From an uncultured Actinomycetes bacterium (GTDB lineage: Bacteria; Actinomycetota; Acidimicrobiia; IMCC26256; JANYLB01), in assembly GCA_963829475.1 (NCBI GenBank), contig CAWHIU010000001.1, positions 11,790-75,789 of the forward strand: DNA of 64,000 bases, in the 5' to 3' direction. The notes below the pieces were generated by a model that had not been told where the DNA came from, ran no database searches, and saw only the letters and a program-made list of their open reading frames with translations. Positions within the stretch are counted from its first letter, which is position 1; each line of letters opens with the position of its first letter. Positions 55,567-64,000 of the stretch are shown here, in pieces. A program made the position numbers and the translations under genes.

Positions 55567-56595
55567 TCAGCGGCCGGCGTTCTCCATGTCGGATGCGTAG
55601 CGTCCCCGCCGCGCTTCGCTGTTGAGTCGGGCCCGATGCGCGAACGCGGCACGGGCGTCGTCGGCGTTGCCGGCCTCGCCCTTCCACGCCTTCAGAGCCG
55701 CCGACTGCAGCGCCCGGCCGTAGGAGAAGCTGAGCTCCCACGGCACGACCTCGCCTTCGGCCTTGCGCTTGTTCATCGCGTCGAGGTTCGCGGTGGCGGC
55801 CTGATCCGACTGGCCGCCCGAGAGGAACACGATCCCCGGCACCGCGGCGGGGACGGTCCAACGGAAGCAACGCAGCGTCGCCGCCGCGATCTCGTCGGGC
55901 GATGCCTGCACCGCGCAGTCGGCGCCAGGGACGACCATGTTCGGCTTCAGCAACATCCCCTCGAGCTCGACCCGCTGCTCGAAGAGCTGACCGAACACCG
56001 CTTGGAGCACCGAGGCGGTCACGCCTTCGCAGTGCTCGATCGGGTGGTCACCCTCCATCAGCACCTCTGGCTCGACGATCGGGACGAGCCCCGCTTCCTG
56101 GCAGAGCGCCGCGTACCGGGCAAGCGCGTGCGCGTTCACGTCGATGCAGTACTGGGACGGCGTCCCCGGTGCGATCGAGTACGTGGCCCGCCACTTCGCG
56201 AACCGAGCACCGAGGCGCGCGTAGTCGTCGAAGCGCTCGCGCAGTCCGTCGAGACCCTCGGTGACGGTCTCGCCCGGAGCGAACGCCAACGCCTTCGCGC
56301 CGGCGTCGACCTTGATCCCCGGAATGATCCCCTGGCGTTCGAGCACCTGTACGAGCGGAGTTCCGTCGGCGGCCCGTTGATGGATCGTCTCGTCGAACAG
56401 GATCACACCGCTGATGTACTCGGCGACCTTCGGAGTGGTGAAGAGCAACTCCCGGTAGTCGCGGCGCGAGTCGTCGGTCGAAGCGGTGCCGATCGAATCG
56501 AACCGCTTGGCGATGGTTCCCGTGCTCTCGTCGGCGGCCAGGATCCCCTTGCCCGGCGCGACGAGCGCTCTGGCGGTGGTGGCGAGATCACCCAT
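55567..56595 (-). CDS. Fructose-bisphosphate aldolase class I (eukaryote-like glycolytic family)
   Basis: GKGILAADES; PGIKVD; FAKWR; PIVEPEVL; LLKPNMV; FLSGGQS; SFSYGRALQ. Confidence 0.95.
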   Translation of the reverse strand: MGDLATTARALVAPGKGILAADESTGTIAKRFDSIGTASTDDSRRDYRELLFTTPKVAEYISGVILFDETIHQRAADGTPLVQVLERQGIIPGIKVDAGAKALAFAPGETVTEGLDGLRERFDDYARLGARFAKWRATYSIAPGTPSQYCIDVNAHALARYAALCQEAGLVPIVEPEVLMEGDHPIEHCEGVTASVLQAVFGQLFEQRVELEGMLLKPNMVVPGADCAVQASPDEIAAATLRCFRWTVPAAVPGIVFLSGGQSDQAATANLDAMNKRKAEGEVVPWELSFSYGRALQSAALKAWKGEAGNADDARAAFAHRARLNSEARRGRYASDMENAGR

Positions 56596-56639
56596 GGAAC
56601 ATCCCCCGTCCTGCGCCGTTCAGGAGTGCGGCGCCCGAT

Positions 56640-58193
<1,554 letters not shown>

Positions 58194-58199
58194 CGCCCC

Positions 58200-58238
58200 G
58201 TCACGATCGAAGCAGTCACGATCGAAGCAGTCACGATC
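58200..58238. repeat. 15-bp tandem repeat (2.6 copies) between guaB3 and guaA
   Basis: gtcacgatcgaagca x2 + gtcacgatc. Confidence 0.9.
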
Positions 58239-59403
58239 AGCGGCCCATGCCGATGTTCTGCGCGCGCTGCAACGACTTGCCCTCGGTGAGCAACGACGGC
58301 GCGATCATGACTTCGGCCTTCTGGAACTCCTTGACCGTCTCGTACCCGGTCGTCGCCATCGAGGTGCGGAGCGCACCGAACAGGTTCAGCGTTCCGTCGT
58401 TGTCGTGCGCGGGCCCGACGAGGATCTCCTCGAGCGTGCCGTGCTGGCCGGCCTGCACCCGCGCGCCGCGCGGCAACGTGGGGTGGAACGTGGCCATGCC
58501 CCAGTGGTAGCCGCGACCGGGAGCTTCGTAGGCGCCGGCGAGCGGGGAACCGAGCATGACGGCGTCGGCACCGCACGCGATGGCCTTGGCGACGTCGCCA
58601 CCGGTGCGCATCCCGCCGTCGGCGATCACGTGTACGTAGACGCCGGTCTCGTCGAGGTGGCGGATGCGTGCGCCAGCCGCGTCGGCGATGGCCGTCGCCT
58701 GAGGTACGCCGATGCCGAGCACGCCGCGGCTGGTGCACGCGTGACCCGGTCCGACGCCGACGAGCACGCCGACCGCGCCGGTGCGCATGAGGTGCAGCGC
58801 GGTGGAGTACGACGCGCAGCCGCCGACGATCACCGGGATGTCGTACTCACGGATGAACTTCTTCAGGTTGAGCGGCTGACGCGACGGGTCCTTCGACACG
58901 TGCTCGGCCGACACGACCGTGCCCTGGATGACGAGCACGTCGAGCTCGGCTTCGAGGATGTGCTTCGAGTACTGCTCGACGCGCTGCGGCGTGAGCGACG
59001 CGCACGAGGTGACGCCGGCGGCCTTGATCTCCTCGATGCGCCGACCGATCAGCTCGGCCTTGATCGGCTCCTCGTAGATCTCCTGCATGCGCCGCGTCGC
59101 CTTCTCGGGCTCGAGCGTCGCGATCTCGCTGAAGATCGGTTCGAGGTCGTCGTACCGGGTCCAGAGCCCCTCGAGGTTGAGACAGCCCAGCCCGCCGAGC
59201 CGCCCGACCTCGATCGCCGTCGCCGGCGACACGACTCCGTCCATCGCGGCGGCGATGAGCGGGAGCTCGAAGTTGAAGGCGTCGAGCTCCCAGGTGATGT
59301 CGACGTCTTCGGGGTCGCGCGTGCGTCGGCTGGGCACGATCGCGATGTCGTCGAACCCGTAGGCCCGTCGCCCGCTCTTGCCGATACCGATCTCGACTTC
59401 CAC
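58237..59403 (-). CDS. guaB3: GuaB3-family IMP dehydrogenase-related protein
   Basis: [28 protein letters not shown]; [11 protein letters not shown]; IADGG. Confidence 0.92.
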   Translation of the reverse strand: MEVEIGIGKSGRRAYGFDDIAIVPSRRTRDPEDVDITWELDAFNFELPLIAAAMDGVVSPATAIEVGRLGGLGCLNLEGLWTRYDDLEPIFSEIATLEPEKATRRMQEIYEEPIKAELIGRRIEEIKAAGVTSCASLTPQRVEQYSKHILEAELDVLVIQGTVVSAEHVSKDPSRQPLNLKKFIREYDIPVIVGGCASYSTALHLMRTGAVGVLVGVGPGHACTSRGVLGIGVPQATAIADAAGARIRHLDETGVYVHVIADGGMRTGGDVAKAIACGADAVMLGSPLAGAYEAPGRGYHWGMATFHPTLPRGARVQAGQHGTLEEILVGPAHDNDGTLNLFGALRTSMATTGYETVKEFQKAEVMIAPSLLTEGKSLQRAQNIGMGR

Positions 59404-59447
59404 GGTGGCTCCCCTGCGCGGTCGTGCACTCCTGTGAGGGGTTGAGT

Positions 59448-59915
59448 CTACTTGCCGCTCTGCGCTTCGCAGACCTGGGCCCCGTATGCGCTGATCTTGT
59501 CGCTCGCATGCTGCGCGGCATCGTCCGAGAAACGGTTCCGGTCGGCCTGGGGGACGTTCGCGATGACGCAGCCGACACGCTCGAGCGCCGGGGTGAGGCC
59601 CTCGATTCGCGCCCGAAGCAACGTCAACGAGGCCTTGATCTCACCCGGCGCCGCGCCCTCGAGCTGCTGGACCCCTTTGGTCAGCGACGCCCACCGCGTC
59701 TTCAGCTCGTCCGGCGTGCCGGGCGAGACGACGCTGGCGTAGGTCGAGCTGAAGGACTTCAGCTGCGGGCAGAACGCTGCGCTGCCGTCGCCCGAGAACG
59801 TGAACGTCGTGGTGGTGGTCCCGTTCTTCGCCGACTTCCCGGAAGAGGAGCTCCCGCACGACGCCAGGCCCACCGTGACCACGAGGAGCGCGCAGCAGAG
59901 CGCGATGCGAGACAA
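59448..59915 (-). CDS. Lipoprotein of unknown function (start uncertain)
   Basis: Lipobox LASC, Ser/Thr linker, AFC...C helical domain. Confidence 0.65.
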   Translation of the reverse strand: MSRIALCCALLVVTVGLASCGSSSSGKSAKNGTTTTTFTFSGDGSAAFCPQLKSFSSTYASVVSPGTPDELKTRWASLTKGVQQLEGAAPGEIKASLTLLRARIEGLTPALERVGCVIANVPQADRNRFSDDAAQHASDKISAYGAQVCEAQSGK

Positions 59916-59922
59916 CGGAAAC

Positions 59923-60682
59923 CTAGACCTCTTCACGTCGATCCCTCTCATATGCGTACATCTCTCCCTCGACGCCGAGCAGTCCGGCGAGAAAGCTCCG
60001 GAGGATGCGCGCGGTCGCCCCCCACACGGTCTCACCCTCGAGCTCGAAGAACACGACATCCAGCTCCGTCGACGGGCGCGCGTCCGATGCCGGGAAGCTC
60101 CAGTGCTCCTCGCGGTAGGTCGCATCGTCGAGCAGCTCGCTGAGCGCGACGTCGAACACACGCGCCACCTCGCGCGGATCGGCGCGCAGCTCGGGAGGCT
60201 CGGCGATCAGCCCGACGAACGGGTTGATCAGGAAGTGCGAGCCCACCGTGCCCAGCCGGTCGAGCGCCGCGACCACCTCGACCCGCGCCGGATCGAGGCC
60301 GATCTCCTCGTGGGCTTCGCGCAGGGCGGTGTCGAACGGCGAGGTGTCGACCCCCGGATCGATCGTTCCGCCGGGGAACGCGATCTCGCCCTGGTGCGAC
60401 GGCATCGTCTCGGGCCGTTTCGTCAGCACGACGCGGACTTCGCCCGTCGGCCTCGAAGAGCGGGACGAGCACCGCCGCGTTGCGGCTCTCGCTCACGCGG
60501 ACGGTCTCGTCGCGGGCCGGCCGGAAGGTCTTGCAGCGGTCCCGCACGGCATCGAGCGACAGTCGTCGTTCCGCCGGTGGGACCACGGACCACGGCGCGG
60601 GGCCGCCGATCCGGTGAGTCGCCGGGCGGGGGATGTGCTGGCGTCCGCCACGCGGTTGGGCGGGTTGCGCAGGCGCGGCCAT
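59923..60682 (-). CDS. CoA pyrophosphatase (Nudix), frameshift ~60440
   Basis: AAVLVPL; LTKR...HQGEIAFPGG; ALREAHEEIGL; VWGATA. Confidence 0.9.
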
Positions 60683-60741
60683 CCCGTGCAGGTTACGCGG
60701 CACTCTCAGCCCCGTTCGCCGATCCGATCGACACCGGGCGG

Positions 60742-61530
60742 GTGATCGAGGTGCGGAGCGCACGGACGCGCCTGCGATGGTCCGGTTGGACGGATCTGCG
60801 ATGTCACCCGATCGCCGTGCTTCTCGCGGCCGCGGTGGTCGGTACCACCGCGCTCGCAGTCTGGGCCGGTCTCGTCTGGCGCCCCCTCGGCGGCCCCGGA
60901 TTCACCCTTGTACTCCCCGCGTCGGTCGCTCCTCGCGACCCTTGTCGGTTGGAACCAGCTCGGCTGGTCGACCACCGACCTCCGGATCTGGCGGGAGACC
61001 CTCCTGGTCATCGGTGGCCTGCTCGTGCTCGCCGGAGTGCTGTTCCTCACCGGACCCGGCTCACCGCGCGAGCTGCCTCGCGTTCGGCGTCGGTTCCCTC
61101 GAGGAGGAGCTGGTGTTCCGCTTCGCTGCGCCCCTCGCTCTCGGTGGACTCACCGCGTGGGTGCTCGGCCGGCCCGCGGGTGACGTGCGCGCGTGGGGCA
61201 ACGGGCCGTGCGCGGTGGCCGTCGTCGGAAGCGCCGTCGCGTTCACGTGCATGCCGGGGCACCTCGCCCAGGTGCACGGTCCGCTGCAGCTCGTCCCGTT
61301 CCTCGCGATCGCGATGCTGCTTCACCTACACCGTGCTCCGCACCGGCGCGCTGGTGCCCGGCATCGCGGTGCACACGCTGCTCAACATCGCGACGGTGGC
61401 ATACCTCGCCGGAGCGATGACGAACCCGGTCTGGGCCGGCTTCGTCATCGTCGGCCTCGGTGCCTACGCATGGGGCGCCGAACGCGCCGGCCGCCGCCTC
61501 GGCCGCATGACCCCCGCCACCACCGCCTGA
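60742..61530 (+). CDS. CPBP (CAAX/Abi) intramembrane glutamic protease, several frameshifts
   Basis: EEELVFR and HTLLN motifs, multiple TM segments across frames. Confidence 0.7.
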   Translation: MIEVRSARTRLRWSGWTDLRCHPIAVLLAAAVVGTTALAVWAGLVWRPLGGPGFTLVLPASVAPRDPCRLEPARLVDHRPPDLAGDPPGHRWPARARRSAVPHRTRLTARAASRSASVPSRRSWCSASLRPSLSVDSPRGCSAGPRVTCARGATGRARWPSSEAPSRSRACRGTSPRCTVRCSSSRSSRSRCCFTYTVLRTGALVPGIAVHTLLNIATVAYLAGAMTNPVWAGFVIVGLGAYAWGAERAGRRLGRMTPATTA

Positions 61531-61576
61531 CCGCACTCCCGCCCACCGACCTCACCCGCCGCCGCCGACCTCACCG

Positions 61577-61629
61577 CCGACGTTTGTCGATTTCGTCGCG
61601 CCGAGCGCGACGGGAGCTACAAACCTCGG
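61577..61629. repeat. 53-bp imperfect palindrome A, containing the DUF559 gene stop codon
   Basis: ccgacgtttgt-cgattt-cgtcgcgc-cga-gcgcgacg-ggagct-acaaacctcgg. Confidence 0.9.
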
Positions 61630-62539
61630 GCGTGGAGAGTCTGGATGACGTTCTCCACGACCGAGCTCGGTCGCTCGACGAGATCGCGCCACGAGAAGTG
61701 GAGGACCAGCCAGCCCGCGGCCGCGAGCTTCGTGCGTCGGGCGAGATCGCGCTCCCACATCGAGCGGCCACCGTGCCACCGGTAGCTGTCGGCCTCGATC
61801 GCGATCTTGAGGTCCGGGTACGCGAGGTCGGGGCGGGCGATCGACTCGTCGGCGTTCACGCACCTCGAACTGGGCAACCGGCTCCACCAGCCCGGCGCGT
61901 ACCAGCATCCGTGAGAGCCGTCGTTCGAAACGGTTCGCGTGCGGACGCACACCGCCGAGCCTTGCTTCGAGCACCGCGGCCAACTCACCGGCGTTCCGAC
62001 GACCGCGACGGCCGAGCTGGAGGAGCTTCGCGAGGACGCGGTCCGCCCGGGTGAGACCTTGGACCAAGGCGCTGTCGACCACGTCGGGGATCACCTGCGC
62101 GGGCAGCACCGAGACGACGGCGATGATGGTCGCCTCGATGCGGGTGACCGGTATCGCGTCGATCTCGGTGCGGTCCGCGGGATCGACCGAGACCGACCGA
62201 TGCACGATGACGCCTCGGCGCTTCGGTGGGAAGCCGAGTGGGACCGTCAGCTCGATCACGTCGTGGCCGAACCCATCGAGCTGCCAGAGCGCCGACGGCC
62301 GACCGATGCGAGGCAACGGCATCGTCCCCGGCAGACAAGACCGCGGCGAGCAGGTCGCCGCGCCACGTGACCGGCGCGCCCGCCGCTCGCAGGACGCCGG
62401 GGTGGCACGGGACGAGCAGGCCGACCGTGGTGCGCCGGTGAAGATCAGAACGGGTGAGCCCGGCCGCGAGCACCTGGTCACGGCGCACGATCCCGTGTTG
62501 TCCTGCCGCCTGCCGCGCGACATCCGTGTCCTTGCGCAT
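61617..62539 (-). CDS. AbiEi-like N-terminal HTH + DUF559 (Vsr-like) endonuclease, frameshifts ~62300 and ~61860
   Basis: QHGIVRRDQVLAAGL...ASHRSA; VIVHRS; IPVT; FERRL...ARPDLAYPDLKIAIEADSYRWH...DLARRTKLAAAGWLVLHF. Confidence 0.85.
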
Positions 62540-62594
62540 GCCGACGAGTCAATCAACCGGGTGTGACACTCTCCGCTCGCCGCCCGATCCACCA

Positions 62595-62647
62595 CCGACG
62601 TTTGTAGCTCCCGTCGCGCTCGACGCGACAAGACCTACAAACCTCGA
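62595..62647. repeat. 53-bp imperfect palindrome B, inverted copy of A
   Basis: ccgacgtttgt-agctcc-cgtcgcgc-tcg-acgcgaca-agacct-acaaacctcga; 45/53 identical to the reverse complement of A by manual alignment. Confidence 0.9.
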
Positions 62648-62703
62648 GACCGGCCGGGCGGCGAGGCGGCGGTGGCGGGCGTGCGGGACGCGGGCGGTGG
62701 GGG

Positions 62704-63813
62704 CTAGGACGCCAGGGGCTGTTGGCGTTGGAGCCAGGCGGCGTGGTCGGCGGGCTGGCGGATCTCCTTGGGGAAGACCGAGTGCGCGACGGCCTCGTCG
62801 TAGGAGATGACGCCGGCGGCGACGAGCTCGGAGAGCGAGCTCTCGAGCGTCTTCATGCCGTCCTTCATCCCGGTGGCGACGACGTTGCGGATCTGGTGGG
62901 TCTTGCCCTCCCGGATCAGGTTCCGCATCGCGTTGTTCGCCATGAGCACCTCGAACGCGGCGACCATGCCCACGTCGGTCTTCGGGATGAGGCGCTGCGA
63001 CACGACGCCGGCGAGACACGCGGCGAGCTGCACCCGGATCTGCTCCTGACGGTCGGCGGGGAACACGTCGGAGATGCGATCGATGGCCTGCGCCGCGTCG
63101 TTCGTGTGCAACGTCGCGAACACGAGGTGACCGGTCTCGGCGATGGTCAGCGCGAACTGGATGGTCTCGAGGTCGCGCATCTCACCGACGAGGATGACGT
63201 CGGGGTCTTCCCGGAGCGCGGCCCGCAGCGCGTGCTGGAACGAATCGGTGTCGGTGCCGACCTCGCGCTGGTCGACGGCCGACTTCTTGTGGCTGTGCAC
63301 GTATTCGATCGGGTCCTCGATGGTGAGGATGTGACACGCGCGGTTCTCGTTGATGTGGTCGATGATCGACGCGAGCGTCGTCGACTTCCCGGAACCGGTC
63401 GGACCGGTCACGAGCACGAGCCCCTGCGGCAGCCCCGCGAACTGGGTGATGCCCGACGGGAGTCGGAGCTCGTCGAAGGTCGGGATGTGGTACGGGATGA
63501 CCCGGAGGCTCATCGCGAGCTCGCCCCGGCGGTGGTACACGTTGCCGCGGAAGCGACCGTTGTCGCGCCATGGGAACGAGAAGTCGACCTCCTTCTTGTC
63601 GCGCACCTCGTCGGCGAGGTCGGTCCCGATGGTCGAGAGGATCAGCTCCGTCGCGTCGGTGTCGGTGTAGTGCGGCGTGTTGTCGATCTCGACGAGGTGG
63701 CCGTCGACGCGCACGCGTGCGCGGCTCCCGCCGGTGATCAGCAGGTCGGTCGCGCCGTGATCCCACAGCACGTCGAGGTACTCGTCGATCAGGCTGATGT
63801 CGATGGCGTTCAT
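62704..63813 (-). CDS. pilT: Type IV pilus retraction ATPase
   Basis: GPTGSGKSTT; TIEDPIE; LREDPDVILVGEMRD; AETGHLVFATLHT; AMRNLIRE. Confidence 0.93.
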   Translation of the reverse strand: MNAIDISLIDEYLDVLWDHGATDLLITGGSRARVRVDGHLVEIDNTPHYTDTDATELILSTIGTDLADEVRDKKEVDFSFPWRDNGRFRGNVYHRRGELAMSLRVIPYHIPTFDELRLPSGITQFAGLPQGLVLVTGPTGSGKSTTLASIIDHINENRACHILTIEDPIEYVHSHKKSAVDQREVGTDTDSFQHALRAALREDPDVILVGEMRDLETIQFALTIAETGHLVFATLHTNDAAQAIDRISDVFPADRQEQIRVQLAACLAGVVSQRLIPKTDVGMVAAFEVLMANNAMRNLIREGKTHQIRNVVATGMKDGMKTLESSLSELVAAGVISYDEAVAHSVFPKEIRQPADHAAWLQRQQPLAS

Positions 63814-63839
63814 GTCATGCTCCGTTTGGTCGAGACGAA

Positions 63840-64000
63840 CTAGTCGACGGTCCATTTGGTGACCGTTGCCGGGAACAGGTTCGTGGACGGATCCACGGAG
63901 GCCGCGAACGTGACCCACGCGGTGACACGGGTCGTCCAGCCACCGGTCGAACAGCTCACCGGCACCGCGCCGGTGCCGACGCACGCCTCGAGTCGCACGT
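63840..64000 (-). CDS. 3' end of an upstream gene (partial), possibly pilus-associated
   Basis: Open frame VRLEACVGTG...VTFAASVD...TVTKWTVD* ends just before pilT. Confidence 0.45.
   Translation of the reverse strand, partial: VRLEACVGTGAVPVSCSTGGWTTRVTAWVTFAASVDPSTNLFPATVTKWTVD

Noticed and set aside
61617-62539. AbiE type IV toxin-antitoxin pair
   Set aside because: No adjacent AbiEii nucleotidyltransferase toxin gene; the gene stands alone between hairpins

Overview
High-GC actinobacterial chromosome segment. The gene repertoire (GuaB3, DUF222-HNH, TIGR03086, F420-type LLM, PilT, LPXTG protein) suggests Acidimicrobiia; this is inference. Many conserved genes (folD, purH, sucC, pcrA, glpD) are split by small indels, most simply explained as long-read consensus errors. 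1-12.6 kb is an accessory DNA-damage/defence-like neighbourhood: DUF4011 SF1 helicase, a coiled-coil gene interrupted by a 5'-truncated ISL3 fragment flanked by a 42-bp duplication, a degenerate RadC/JAB protein, AlkB-like dioxygenase, LPXTG surface protein, LexA-boxed DUF222-HNH, TM0106 nuclease and a zinc-finger protein. 12.6-42 kb holds mixed accessory and metabolic genes: MarR-MFS-EamA, HtrA, cyclase-AAA-TPR, NYN-S1 RNase with a histone-like tail, an ApbE flavinylation trio, and glpD/AGPS-like/FGGY/cfa. 42-60 kb is core: mdh, icd, folD, purH, purN, sucCD, pcrA, class I aldolase, guaA, guaB3. The strongest unexplained structure is at 61.6-62.6 kb, where an AbiEi-like/DUF559 endonuclease gene is bracketed by two 53-bp palindromes in inverted orientation sharing a perfect 23-bp inner arm. 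This is a REPtron-like layout without a RAYT transposase. No rRNA, tRNA or CRISPR array was seen.
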